Assembly (NCBI GenBank): GCA_002353275.1
Contig: DEJH01000008.1
Span: forward strand, 1-53,903
Origin: Bacillales bacterium UBA2753
GTDB lineage: Bacteria > Bacillota_I > Bacilli_A > RFN20 > CAG-826
Direction: 5' to 3'
Length of the DNA stretch: 53,903 nt
A model generated the notes under the pieces. That model saw nothing but the letters and a program-made list of their open reading frames with translations. It searched no databases and had not been told where the DNA came from. This document shows, one piece after another, positions 41,401 to 51,088 of the stretch. How positions within the stretch are numbered: position 1 is the stretch's first letter; every line of letters begins with the position of its first letter. Made by a program: the position numbers and the translations under genes.

Positions 41401-41897
41401 ACTTTTTGAGTAGTGTCGGCAGGTTCATATTCAACTTCGAAAGTATAATCACGTCCCCAAGAGATATCGTGACCAACTTCTTTAACAGTAAAGTTAGTAA
41501 TTGGGACAGAAACTTCAACTTCAAGATGAACTGGAAGGAAGTTTTGTCTAGTGTCACTAACAGTAATAGTCGCACTGCCTCCACCAACAGCGTGGATAGT
41601 GCCATCATTAACTGTAACAACACTTTCGTCACTACTTTCCCACTCTAAAGTAGGTGGGGTAGCAGCTTTAGGTGTAGCGAAATAATGATAGGTATAATCT
41701 TCACCTTTAATTATTTGCATACTGTATTCACTTTGATCGAATACAAGTCCAGTAGCAGGGATTTCATAATCCACCCATTCTCCTGGAACATTTTTGTCCG
41801 CTTCAGAATATCCAGTTGGAAGAGCTTTTGGATCACTACATCCAGTAAGGACTAATCCGAATAAGGCTAAAGGAATTAAATAAATATGCTTTTTCAT
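38496..41897 (-). CDS. Non-catalytic lipoprotein with ~5 Big_2 Ig-like domains and three YLVG (SusE/F-like) repeats
   Basis: LVLTG-C lipobox; WESSDESVVTV, YESSNPEIARVD and YSSNPDVVKVD Big_2 signatures; three YLVG...W...F...D...G.Y.IY repeats. Confidence 0.75.
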   Translation of the reverse strand: MKKHIYLIPLALFGLVLTGCSDPKALPTGYSEADKNVPGEWVDYEIPATGLVFDQSEYSMQIIKGEDYTYHYFATPKAATPPTLEWESSDESVVTVNDGTIHAVGGGSATITVSDTRQNFLPVHLEVEVSVPITNFTVKEVGHDISWGRDYTFEVEYEPADTTQKVLDWRIPAEESELATISNGTIHTNNTDGEIHVHVKSPELPDKEEQIITVNIHKVHVSSISLGLIPGSTSEIEVDSISAVEAVITPSNAEDASLVTYESSNPEIARVDASSGIIVGVEAGTADITAKCEGKVSNTLPVTIKEAHVKGVHINETDVEVTNEPNGGKQITVSYDTSEAGYSKPSREKTIFYSSNPDVVKVDNEGNLLAISKGVATITAAVTSTVDKEGDDYKVYSDSIEVNSKIYATKLTLNAPVTIYSDETVELNTSLTPSDVSLEDVSWSISPETAGTITPNGRTAILAPNRTGPIVITASMTGIEGTLTDTKTVSVTERPVYFEDNTYYLVGSSAYKDGESTDLGGGSWGQAKYAFEFVETTSNPDAIYEYKGTINFRANDLWKIKKGSDGYKDIEGWGHQGEGDDAWWYRTGEYKVHEGAFATGDMEVYTDEQGNTNIKVINPGKYDIYYAWYNDKPEEQPEGWYSISAVPHGLKLSSYNIVCKPGEKATITASEIEGALQTPVIADETVASMNFISATNTIEITGVSEGKTTLTVKDSVTTLTVPVTITNKPTEFEDNKPYLVGNRDYSSGTSVNDGTSPWGKDPMKSYPFIESTAPHGTDVYAQFEATVTLSKNDEFQVLIGKDYWDANYESVGAVGEGQITLVDNGYGKLNKCKVAEDGTYKIYAKCLANNKGWSIYIEPHSGGGGGGEDPSWVSNVAYLVGNKDYHSGVSATGESWNDVTKAFTFIDSTSHPADMEGVSTQYYGQITFEEGDLWRLRIGSEYNDCVELAGAFGSKAQMAKVNPTDPYTNYVVNTAGTYDLYVKYYTNGTYGIYVADIETGGDTPGEDKIVIYFDGLSGFGTISEIKVALDSTWVSGVATTGTETSYGQYKFEFTMASATTVDTYFIEDVGSNKKQYYHTACGASNWDTNHTSVNIGSVTVSAGHSYKLSFTGWEKNYDNWEHAWFTTSFVKIA

Positions 41898-42877
41898 TAT
41901 TTAACAAACGCCTCCTTTGTCACATCTGACCAAATGCCAAATATATATTTAAAGTTACGCGTATTTCCCGCGCAATAAGTCGAGACATCGATTAAATCGT
42001 TTTTAGTATCAACAAATGGGTGATCACTCCATCCAATGAAATATGGGAAGTCATCAGTTGGGGCTTTAATTGGGTCAGTAGGAACAAGTCCACTATCACC
42101 AACTGGGCGATCTGGATACCATTTGAATGAGGCTAATAATTTTGTACCAGTATCATCTTTTTCATCGGTGCTGTTATAGTCGATAAAGAAGAAGAATTTG
42201 ACGGTCTTATCAGCGTCATCATCTCCGCCTGTATCACTAACATTAACGTAACATGATGCTGATTTATTATTAGCAGTAGCAGTCACTTTAGCGCGACCAC
42301 TAACAGTAGAACTAGTGATTAAACCACTATTATCGACTGAAACGATATTTCCACCTTCAGTAACTGACCAGCTAACTTCAGCTTCTTCCGAAGTAACTGC
42401 GGTTAATTGATGGGTTTCGCCATATCCCATTTCAATACTAGTTTCGGTTAATCTAATTGTGAATTCACCTGGTTTAGGTGGATCTGGAGTAGGATCATCA
42501 GGATCAATTGGAGCATCTTCTTTAGGAACTTCAATCATACAGCTAGCAGCTTGGTAGCCCGCCATAAAGGTGATATGAGCAACTCCTCCACCAATAGCGG
42601 CAACATTACCTTCTTGATCAACTGTTGCTACTTTAGTGTTACTACTCTTCCATAATTTATAGACACTAACTTCAACATTATCTTTATAAGTAATAGTAGG
42701 AATCAATTGAATCATTTGACCCTCTTCCATTTTCATATAGGTGTTATCTAAAGTAACTTTAGTAACTCGAGCGTCATTTCCATCAATTCGGTTAACTCCA
42801 TTACCACTAGTAGAACAGCCTGCTAATGGGGCAAAGATTAATAAGGAAGATAACATTAATAATTTCAACTTTTTCAT
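41897..42877 (-). CDS. Lipoprotein with two Big_2 domains and a C-terminal aromatic-rich domain
   Basis: PLAG-C lipobox; WKSSNTKVATVD...G; PD-rich linker. Confidence 0.75.
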   Translation of the reverse strand: MKKLKLLMLSSLLIFAPLAGCSTSGNGVNRIDGNDARVTKVTLDNTYMKMEEGQMIQLIPTITYKDNVEVSVYKLWKSSNTKVATVDQEGNVAAIGGGVAHITFMAGYQAASCMIEVPKEDAPIDPDDPTPDPPKPGEFTIRLTETSIEMGYGETHQLTAVTSEEAEVSWSVTEGGNIVSVDNSGLITSSTVSGRAKVTATANNKSASCYVNVSDTGGDDDADKTVKFFFFIDYNSTDEKDDTGTKLLASFKWYPDRPVGDSGLVPTDPIKAPTDDFPYFIGWSDHPFVDTKNDLIDVSTYCAGNTRNFKYIFGIWSDVTKEAFVK

Positions 42878-42889
42878 CGTTATATCCTC

Positions 42890-45800
42890 CTAACCTCTAT
42901 GGTAGACAAAGAGTGAATAAGCATACATCTCTAATGTATCTTTATCATAACTCTTTGCATCCCTCGATTTATAAGCAAAGTTTTGAGCGCCAATTCCTAA
43001 AGAACCACCATCTCTACTTGCCATAATGAGATGGATTCCATTTGGAATATACATTCCGATAGCTCCACCATTACCATATTCTCCCCAAGTGGAGAAACTA
43101 TTAAGCTTTCCTCCGGTATTTAAGGAGTCATAATCATATTTAGCGGTATTTTTTCTTAAAGCAATCATCGCTTTCCAAGAATCAAAATTGTTATAAGTTA
43201 AAGTGTTACCAATGTGAATTTTTCTGTCCCACTTAAATGAGTTAACACTATCAGGCATCTTGTAAGAGTTATGTGAGACATATTCATCATCATTAAACAT
43301 TCTTACTTCACCTGTACAAAGAATTGAAATTGGGGCGCTTGGATCATATCCTTCGTCCTCAGGGTTATTCTTTGGATCGTAGTTCATATATTGTGGGAAG
43401 GCTCTCATAATTGCTTCATCCCCACCTTTAGTTAATTCTTCAAATTCAGGTGTTTTCTTAAATCCTTGTTCAAGATTATCACTACCAGAAATTGTTTTAG
43501 TACGGTAAATCTCTTCTCCACCTTGCATAAATGCAACGCCATTAGTAGCCATCACCATACCATGTGTCATAATCGTAGCAGCAACTAAATCACTGATCTT
43601 AGGTTCACCTTTTTTATTAGGACGAAGTGGCTCTTCATATTTACGACCACTACTAGAACCACCTGGTCCCATTTCATCAACTTCGGAATATCCAGCAGTC
43701 GCCATACCATATCTCATTTGATCCCAAACAGTGAAATTATCGTGACAAGAAGCATAGGCAATCATTTGATTTGGGTTAGCCCCAACGTCTTTTTCGGAAT
43801 TATATTCATCAGAGTGGGTACCTTTGATCATATCTTCAAGGACGAACCATTTGCCAGCTCCGTCTCCTTTACCTTGATCAACAAATCCCCAAGTTGGATA
43901 TTTATTACCTACATCTGCCCAACCAGAATCGTTCTTTCCTCTAATGGCGTTTCTAGCAGCATCATTAAAGCAGCCGACATATCCATTAGTAGAACTTGAT
44001 TTATAAAGCATAGAATATACTTCGGCAGATTTAGCACCGACAGCGCCACTATCAAAGATAGTTCCGCCACTGGACCAACCTTCTCCATAAATGTAGATAT
44101 CTGGATCAATTGCGGTTAAAGCGTTTCTCACTTGTCTAATGGTTTCAACATCAATTAATCCCATTAAGTCGAAACGGAAACCTTTAATTTTATATTCACT
44201 GGCCCACCATTTAAGGGAGTCAACAATATATTTTCTCATCATTGGGGCTTCAGTTCTAACGTCGTTAGCACATCCACTACCAGCGGTATATGCCCATTCA
44301 CTATTATATCTAAAGTAGTATTTAGGCATGATTTTGGTGAAGCATGAGTTAGGAGCGCTACTAACGTGGTTATAAACAACGTCCATAATCACTCTAACTG
44401 GATCTTCATCATATGTTGCAAATTGTTTAATTAAATTCTTATATTCTTTAATACGTGCTAAAGGATCAGCTGGATTAGAGGAGAATGCACCTTCAACACA
44501 GTTATAATTAAGTGGATTATAACCCCAGTTGAATTTATATTTCTCATAACTCTCTTCATTATCATGATCAAAGACTGGTAAAAGTTGAATTGCTTTTACA
44601 CCGAGTTCTTTAATATGAGAGAAACCAGTTGAAACTGTATAATTTGTGCCTTTGAAGTTTTCAGTATATTTAGTGTTAGGTTCACTAAAGGCATCGAATG
44701 TTCCACGTTTAACATCGCTATTACTAAGCCACGTAGAATCCATCGTTAAATCACGAACATGAATTTCGTAAATGGATAAATCTTGTGGGTTAGAGATATC
44801 GTATTTACCATTTTTATCCCAAATAGCAGGAACACTATCCCAACTAATCACATCATCAACTTCGGTTTTAGAGTCATAAATATATCCTCTTTTACCATTA
44901 AGTCCAACAGCGTGAGCGTATGGATCGGTGGCTTCGACTTTAACACCACCTGGGTTAGTTACAATGTAATTATAATAACGATATGGTTTAGTAAGCATAT
45001 CTCCAGCGATAGTAACTTCCCATACTCCGTGACCTGTATAATACATTGGGGTAGAGCTACCTCTATCACTTCCTCCATCAGCAGCAGAAGAACCTTCTTG
45101 ATATAATCTTAAGGTAACTGAAGCTGAAATTGGGCTCCATAATTTGAAGGTTGTCTTTTCAGGAGTATAAGTAACCCCTAAATCATCACCATAATAGTTA
45201 TAATATTGATTGAATCTAGTAGTCTTATAAAGTTCTTCAAAAGAGACATAGACTTTTCTAGCGGCTTTTTCTTCCCAACCAGGATATTTTGATTCAATCA
45301 TGTATTGAACATTAATTCTTGCTGTGTAATTAAGGGTGATATCAAATTCAGCAGTTTGAATATCATTTCCTTCTTTAAGAAGATAGAATTCTTTGTTCGC
45401 ATCTTGCGCGGCTGCGCTTGAATCTAAATAGACACGATCAAAACCATATAATTTGTACCAAAGTGGAGCTTTGTTTTCACTTGATACACAGTGGATGGTT
45501 TTAAAATCAGTAAATTTAGCGGTTTTAATTTTGGTAATTTTTGTTTCTTCTTCACTACGGCAAATTTCAACTGAACTACCTTCACCAGGAATAAGCCATA
45601 AATGTAAGGTTCCAGAAACATCAATTAAATCTTCATATTCAGAATAGACGATTTGAATATCATCAGATTGACCAGCCCAAGTACCAGCGAATTTAACGAT
45701 AAACCACATCGATGGTTGATCAGCGTAAATAGAATATCTAGATGTAGTGAAATCCATCTCTAAAGTAAATTGATTGGCTTCACTAGATGTGCTTGGTTGC

Positions 45801-46096
45801 TCTAATCCATCAACTTCATTAACCCAAGTATATAATCTTCTTGCGTTACATCTACCATCATCATCGACATAAGTAAGAATGACTTTTTTTGGAGTTTGAT
45901 AAGTTGCTTCTTTTGGTTCGAGCATTTTCATCTTCTCGAAAGTGACTGTAGTTTTATCACTATCGTCATAGATGATTGGATCTTCTCCAACATATTCCAC
46001 ATTTTCTCCATTTTGAGGCGCAACTGCGCAACCAGGAAGAGAAAGGGAAGCAAAGGCTAATAAGCAAAGAGCAGAAGTTAATAACTTATTTTTCAT
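42890..46096 (-). CDS. Lipoprotein type I pullulanase (GH13_14-like); start likely 46096
   Basis: LSLPG-C lipobox; CBM48-like DLGVTYT..TTFKLWSP; FNWGYNP, GFRFDLMG, YGEGW and YASCHDN motifs. Confidence 0.92.
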   Translation of the reverse strand: MKNKLLTSALCLLAFASLSLPGCAVAPQNGENVEYVGEDPIIYDDSDKTTVTFEKMKMLEPKEATYQTPKKVILTYVDDDGRCNARRLYTWVNEVDGLEQPSTSSEANQFTLEMDFTTSRYSIYADQPSMWFIVKFAGTWAGQSDDIQIVYSEYEDLIDVSGTLHLWLIPGEGSSVEICRSEEETKITKIKTAKFTDFKTIHCVSSENKAPLWYKLYGFDRVYLDSSAAAQDANKEFYLLKEGNDIQTAEFDITLNYTARINVQYMIESKYPGWEEKAARKVYVSFEELYKTTRFNQYYNYYGDDLGVTYTPEKTTFKLWSPISASVTLRLYQEGSSAADGGSDRGSSTPMYYTGHGVWEVTIAGDMLTKPYRYYNYIVTNPGGVKVEATDPYAHAVGLNGKRGYIYDSKTEVDDVISWDSVPAIWDKNGKYDISNPQDLSIYEIHVRDLTMDSTWLSNSDVKRGTFDAFSEPNTKYTENFKGTNYTVSTGFSHIKELGVKAIQLLPVFDHDNEESYEKYKFNWGYNPLNYNCVEGAFSSNPADPLARIKEYKNLIKQFATYDEDPVRVIMDVVYNHVSSAPNSCFTKIMPKYYFRYNSEWAYTAGSGCANDVRTEAPMMRKYIVDSLKWWASEYKIKGFRFDLMGLIDVETIRQVRNALTAIDPDIYIYGEGWSSGGTIFDSGAVGAKSAEVYSMLYKSSSTNGYVGCFNDAARNAIRGKNDSGWADVGNKYPTWGFVDQGKGDGAGKWFVLEDMIKGTHSDEYNSEKDVGANPNQMIAYASCHDNFTVWDQMRYGMATAGYSEVDEMGPGGSSSGRKYEEPLRPNKKGEPKISDLVAATIMTHGMVMATNGVAFMQGGEEIYRTKTISGSDNLEQGFKKTPEFEELTKGGDEAIMRAFPQYMNYDPKNNPEDEGYDPSAPISILCTGEVRMFNDDEYVSHNSYKMPDSVNSFKWDRKIHIGNTLTYNNFDSWKAMIALRKNTAKYDYDSLNTGGKLNSFSTWGEYGNGGAIGMYIPNGIHLIMASRDGGSLGIGAQNFAYKSRDAKSYDKDTLEMYAYSLFVYHRG

Positions 46097-46109
46097 ATTC
46101 GTAACCTCC

Positions 46110-46916
46110 TTACACTCTCTCGAAATAGACATTGTCTTTTCCAAAGCATAACTTAATGTAAACATCAGCTTTGAAGTCTTTTAAGACAGTGTATTTATCT
46201 TCGCCTTTATTTAACCAAGTTAACCAAACTTGACCAGTTCCATTAGTGTCACCAAATGAATATGGGTTTAATGAAACAGCCCAAGAAGTTCCAAGCTTGA
46301 AGTCATATAAAGCGAATTCGTCCCCGGCTTTAAATTCACAGCCAGTGACTTTATATTGATCATATTCAGTGCCGTCTCCATCATGTTCTTTTCCAGTATA
46401 AACACCTTTAACGGTTCTAGCGTTTTTGCCAAAGAAGATAAATCCGAATGCGGTTTCACCTTGTTCGCCGCCTCCGCCACCTCCGCCTGAACCACCTTTT
46501 GGTCCGTCAAAGATTGCATAAAGGGTTTGTCCACTAACTGCAGGGACATTTTCAATCTTATCTGCAAAGACTTTATCGTTATATTGATACCAGCCTCTAA
46601 AATCGATTTCGTCGCTATAAGTGGAAACGGCTTCTGGAAGAGCTAATCCTGGTTGAGATTCAAGAGCAACACAGTTTTCATAATATTTCTCTGGAATATC
46701 TCCACCTTCTAATAATTCGCTTCCAAGTTGAAGTCTGCCATATTTAGAAAGCATTAAATAAGTAATGTGTTTACTATTATCGCGGTGGACAGTTGGTAAA
46801 CGGTTAGCGTTATAAGTAATGGTATAACTCTCATTAACGGCTTCTTTGCCAATTTCATGTTGAGCGCATCCCACTAAAAAGAGGAGAGGGAGTAAAACTA
46901 ATAATTTCTTTTTCAT
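46110..46916 (-). CDS. Lipoprotein with Gly linker and a C-terminal SusE/F-like module; start likely 46916
   Basis: MKKKLLVLLPLLFLVG-C after an AGGAGG RBS; GGSGGGGGG linker; FKAGDEF...DVYIK. Confidence 0.7.
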   Translation of the reverse strand: MKKKLLVLLPLLFLVGCAQHEIGKEAVNESYTITYNANRLPTVHRDNSKHITYLMLSKYGRLQLGSELLEGGDIPEKYYENCVALESQPGLALPEAVSTYSDEIDFRGWYQYNDKVFADKIENVPAVSGQTLYAIFDGPKGGSGGGGGGGEQGETAFGFIFFGKNARTVKGVYTGKEHDGDGTEYDQYKVTGCEFKAGDEFALYDFKLGTSWAVSLNPYSFGDTNGTGQVWLTWLNKGEDKYTVLKDFKADVYIKLCFGKDNVYFERV

Positions 46917-46929
46917 CTTTCTATCCTCC

Positions 46930-49900
46930 TTATTTAACGAAGACAATGAATCCTTGAGAAGGAACTGTTGTCTCGTTATAGCCTTGTCCAAAGCCACCTA
47001 AAAGTCTCCAACCTAATTTGGCAGTAGATACTGGACGATCAGTGTTATTGATACAAACACAGGCTCTTCTAACTCCATCAGTGAGTTCGAAATAACATTC
47101 ACCTTGTGAAGCACCACTCATTGATCCCCAATATTCAATATGTCCATATGTTGGATAATCTTTACTATTCTTGATTCTACATACTTCCTTGAAGTAATTA
47201 AGCATAGAGTTAGAATCTAATTTTTGTTCAGCGGGGGTCGCTAAATGAAGTTCATTATAGTCATCCCATTGAATTTCTATACCACCAAAGGTGTAATCAA
47301 CAACATTGTCTTTGCCTTTGGTCTTACCCCATCTCATTGGTTGACGATACCATCTATCAACGTTATTTCCATGGTCGTTATATATTTCAGTTTTATCTTT
47401 AAGGTTACCAGACATACCAAGTTCGTCACCGTAATAAATCCAGCTTAATCCTGGTGATAATAAGGTTACAGCACCGTAATATTTCGCCATCTTGATAGCG
47501 TAATCTTTGTTATTCTTCTGGCTCTTTTCTGGATCAGGATCATATTTTGCTTCTGAACCATGTACTTCAGCGTGGTTTTTACCATTAACACCTCTTGGTA
47601 CATCATCTTCGTGTTCCGCAGCGTGGTTGAGTAAACGATAAATATCATGGTTAGAAGTGAAACATCCATCGATTAATCCATTTGGTCTATATTTAGAGAA
47701 AATTTCTTGAGAATTCTTGATTCTTCTTCCAATATCGCTTTCATAAGCTTGACTGAGGTTAAAATAAGTTTGGAAGTCGAATTGAGAATCCATTGATTCA
47801 TAGAAAGGCGCCATTCTTTCATCCCATCCATCAAAGTTCTCACCAACTAAGAAACAGTTTGGATAAGCAGATTTAATATTGCCTGCAAATTGTTTCCAGA
47901 AGAGAACATTTAAAGTACGGTCATAAGAATAATCGTTATCCATCTCTAAATATTTTTGTCTATCTTCATTCCAATATTGTTTCTTACCGACATCATAAAC
48001 AATCTCACTTTGAGGTAAATCGAGTTTGGTGCTTAATTCACCTAATAAATAAATATGTTTAGTTGCATCAAGACGGAATCCATCAAGACCAAAGCTTAAC
48101 CAATATTTACACATATCGGTCATATATTTTCTTGTATATTCACTATTGTAGTTAAGTTCAGCCATACCACTACCGAATTTACCGAAGTAGTAGTAATCAC
48201 TTTCACCATCTTTATACCATAAATCATTAAGCTTCTTATCGATATCACGAGTTCCACCTAAGATTCCGGTTGTGAAATGTTGTGGTGCACTATCGTTATC
48301 TCCTTCTCCATCCCAAAGTCTAACTTCGTTGCCTTTATATTTCCAAATGTACATATCACGATATTTGATGGTTTCACCGTTAACTTTTTCTTCAATCGCA
48401 GATTGTGATTTTTGGAAGAGAACGTTACTCTTTGAAGTGTGGTTAATAACCATATCCATGAGAACTTTCATTCCACGTTTATGAGCTTCAAAGAGAAGTT
48501 TTTGATATGTTTCAATCGTTCCAAATTTTGGATCGATTTTATAATAGTCAGTTACATCGTAGCCGTGGTAGCTATTAGATTCTTGAATTGGAGTTAACCA
48601 TAAAACTTTCGCTCCAACATCATTTTGTAAATAATCGAGTTTATCAATAATACCTTGAATATCACCCATTCCGTCATCATCACTATCAGCAAAAGCAGGA
48701 ACGAAGATTTGATATCCAACGCCAGGACGATCTTCTAAGAATGTGGTTGAAGAAGGAACTCCATTTCCATATTCGTCTTTTCTTAAAAGTGAAGTATCGT
48801 CATTACTAACATATTTTCCAGTTTTATCATCAATTGTTGGGTTAGTAATAACTGTTCCTCCATCTTCAGCAGATGTAGTATAGTTAGCAACTTGTCCTTG
48901 AATACAATAAACATGAGCAAAACTATTTTTGCCTTCTGGTAAAAGATTTGCCTTCACGTCTTTAATAAAGATTTCGGAGTTACCATCACTCTTCCAGTTG
49001 GTTTCACCAGTCATATTGGTTTGATCAACAATGAAGAATCCCATGGTTTGAACTTTTCGATCAAATGTCTTCCATGTTAATAATGGAGAGACTTGTCTAC
49101 TCTTTCCACCTAAAATAGTTTCATCGGCAACATTAATATCAATAATGATTCCATGCTCATCTCTATGAACAGTAGTTCCAGTTCCACCACATTCGGCTTC
49201 AGTCATAAAGCCCATGGTTTGAGGAGTGACTTTACTGCCTTCAAGAACTTGAGGGGCAAGAGCAGGATTAGCGCCCCATAAGCTTCCTTCTAAGCTCTTT
49301 GGTTGACTTTGCCAAATCCAAATTGCCCAGTTATCGTAATCATGATTTTTTCTAAGATAATGGAAGTATACATGTCCAGGTTTGCTCCATTTAGCAACTT
49401 CTTTGTCATAAGCAGAAGCTTCACCACTTTTAACAGTGATAAAGCAAGTGGCAGAAGCTTGTTTTCCATTAGCGTCACTAACAGTAACAGAAACAGTAGC
49501 GCTTCCTACTGATTTACCAGTAACAACACCAGTATCACTAACTTCAACAGCGGTGCTATCACTTTGCCATAAAGTAGTAACGGCTACTCCACCACTAACG
49601 ATAGCTTGTAATTCAACAGTTTCACCAACTTTGATTGAAGCAGAAACTTTATTCATGCTTACGCTAATGGATTCAGGCTCACCTGCATCTTTAACGTGAA
49701 GAGAACAAGTAGCGTTAAGTCCACCAGCAGAAGCAGTAATAATTGCGTCTCCTGATTTATGAACTGTAACAGTTGCAACTTTACCACTACCAGTCACAGT
49801 AGCGACTGCGGTATTTCCACTTTTCCAAGCTGGGTTAACAGTTGAACCATTATTTGTAATAACACTAGCTTCGAGGGTGAAGGTTGTATCACCACTAGCG

Positions 49901-50325
49901 TCATAAACGAATTCTTTTTCGGTTTCACTAAGTGTAATTGAAGTAACAGTAACTTCAGTTGCTCCACCAGTTTTAACAGTGACGACACAGCTAGCAGAAG
50001 CAGTAGCTCCAACTAAAGCAGTGACAGTAGCGCTTCCACTAGAAACACCAACTACAGTAATGGTTTCGCTAGTGGATTGAGAAATGCTAATGATCGAGGT
50101 ATCTGAGTTTTTCCAAGTGACTTTACTTTTAGCAGGTTTTTCACCAACAATGTCGAGAACTAACTGACGGCTTTCACCAACGGATAAGCCAAGAGTTGGT
50201 TGTAGTTCAAGAGAATAAGCTGCTTGTCCAGGAACACTGGAGTTTGTAGAAGAATCGACCAAAACCGTGCACGAGCTCATGCACACGCACGATAAGAGAA
50301 AAGGAATAAAAAGTTTACCTTTCAT
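46930..50325 (-). CDS. Lipoprotein alpha-amylase (GH13, SusG/GH13_36-like) with three Big_2 domains and a CBM41-like domain
   Basis: MSS-C lipobox; VYFHYLRKNHDYDNWAIWIW; FADSDDDGMGD, MAELNY, DGFRLDATKH, VGEN and SNHD motifs. Confidence 0.9.
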   Translation of the reverse strand: MKGKLFIPFLLSCVCMSSCTVLVDSSTNSSVPGQAAYSLELQPTLGLSVGESRQLVLDIVGEKPAKSKVTWKNSDTSIISISQSTSETITVVGVSSGSATVTALVGATASASCVVTVKTGGATEVTVTSITLSETEKEFVYDASGDTTFTLEASVITNNGSTVNPAWKSGNTAVATVTGSGKVATVTVHKSGDAIITASAGGLNATCSLHVKDAGEPESISVSMNKVSASIKVGETVELQAIVSGGVAVTTLWQSDSTAVEVSDTGVVTGKSVGSATVSVTVSDANGKQASATCFITVKSGEASAYDKEVAKWSKPGHVYFHYLRKNHDYDNWAIWIWQSQPKSLEGSLWGANPALAPQVLEGSKVTPQTMGFMTEAECGGTGTTVHRDEHGIIIDINVADETILGGKSRQVSPLLTWKTFDRKVQTMGFFIVDQTNMTGETNWKSDGNSEIFIKDVKANLLPEGKNSFAHVYCIQGQVANYTTSAEDGGTVITNPTIDDKTGKYVSNDDTSLLRKDEYGNGVPSSTTFLEDRPGVGYQIFVPAFADSDDDGMGDIQGIIDKLDYLQNDVGAKVLWLTPIQESNSYHGYDVTDYYKIDPKFGTIETYQKLLFEAHKRGMKVLMDMVINHTSKSNVLFQKSQSAIEEKVNGETIKYRDMYIWKYKGNEVRLWDGEGDNDSAPQHFTTGILGGTRDIDKKLNDLWYKDGESDYYYFGKFGSGMAELNYNSEYTRKYMTDMCKYWLSFGLDGFRLDATKHIYLLGELSTKLDLPQSEIVYDVGKKQYWNEDRQKYLEMDNDYSYDRTLNVLFWKQFAGNIKSAYPNCFLVGENFDGWDERMAPFYESMDSQFDFQTYFNLSQAYESDIGRRIKNSQEIFSKYRPNGLIDGCFTSNHDIYRLLNHAAEHEDDVPRGVNGKNHAEVHGSEAKYDPDPEKSQKNNKDYAIKMAKYYGAVTLLSPGLSWIYYGDELGMSGNLKDKTEIYNDHGNNVDRWYRQPMRWGKTKGKDNVVDYTFGGIEIQWDDYNELHLATPAEQKLDSNSMLNYFKEVCRIKNSKDYPTYGHIEYWGSMSGASQGECYFELTDGVRRACVCINNTDRPVSTAKLGWRLLGGFGQGYNETTVPSQGFIVFVK

Positions 50326-50364
50326 AAAGTTTCTCCTTATATGGACAAATATGTATACACAAAT

Positions 50365-50393
50365 AGTATATATTTGTTTTTTTTATAAAGCAA
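50365..50393 (-). promoter_or_regulatory. sigma-A promoter of the amylase operon
   Basis: TTGCTT-17-TATACT upstream of an AAGGAG RBS. Confidence 0.55.
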
Positions 50394-50418
50394 AAGGTAT
50401 AAATGAAATTTATAAGAT

Positions 50419-51087
50419 TTATTCGTAATTATATACTTCGATATGAGTGGTTCTAGTGGCTTGAGGATGATATAAAACGATGTCTGTAGTGACTATCATT
50501 CCTAAAGAATCAACGACCATAATTTCTTCAAAATCAAGTTCGTTATCTTTTAATTCGCGAGGTTTATTATATGTTAATTGGTGTTTTTCTTGGTCGATAG
50601 TAACACAGTCTTGGATGTTAACAATGACACTTTTAAGCCAATCAGCGATATACATTCCTTGGGTGTAAATATCTAATGAAGAGTCCTTATAGAAAAATTT
50701 CTTAATGTAATCATTTTTTATTTCAGAAACAGTTTTTTCAATTGGATCTTCATCATTTTTATAATAATAATATTCATCTCCACTCTTTTTTATTTCTTCA
50801 TTAATTGAAGAGAGAACTTCACCATTTTTCTTCTTAACGGAAGTGAATTTATAGGTGATATTTTCATCATCTTTAACATTAAAAGAGAAGTTATCTTCTT
50901 GATAAATAGTATCGCTTCCTTCAACGGAAGTAATCGTTAATAAATATCGAGATTCTCGATATTTTTCTAAGGAAGACACCAAAGAAAAAGAAGCGATAAA
51001 ATCACTGATATCACTTCTTAATTGAACTTGGTTACATGATAGAAGTGATACTGCTAATAATGTAAAAGGCAGTATTCTTCTTTTCAT
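50419..51087 (-). CDS. Lipoprotein of unknown function
   Basis: SLLS-C lipobox; starts 1 nt after the upstream stop. Confidence 0.75.
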   Translation of the reverse strand: MKRRILPFTLLAVSLLSCNQVQLRSDISDFIASFSLVSSLEKYRESRYLLTITSVEGSDTIYQEDNFSFNVKDDENITYKFTSVKKKNGEVLSSINEEIKKSGDEYYYYKNDEDPIEKTVSEIKNDYIKKFFYKDSSLDIYTQGMYIADWLKSVIVNIQDCVTIDQEKHQLTYNKPRELKDNELDFEEIMVVDSLGMIVTTDIVLYHPQATRTTHIEVYNYE

Positions 51088-51088
51088 A

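Noticed and set aside
32766-50325. Dockerin/cohesin, SLH or LPXTG motifs in the surface proteins
   Set aside because: No duplicated DxNxDGxxxxxD dockerin loops or LPXTG seen; DSDDDGMGD in the amylase is the ordinary GH13 N-terminal Ca-binding motif
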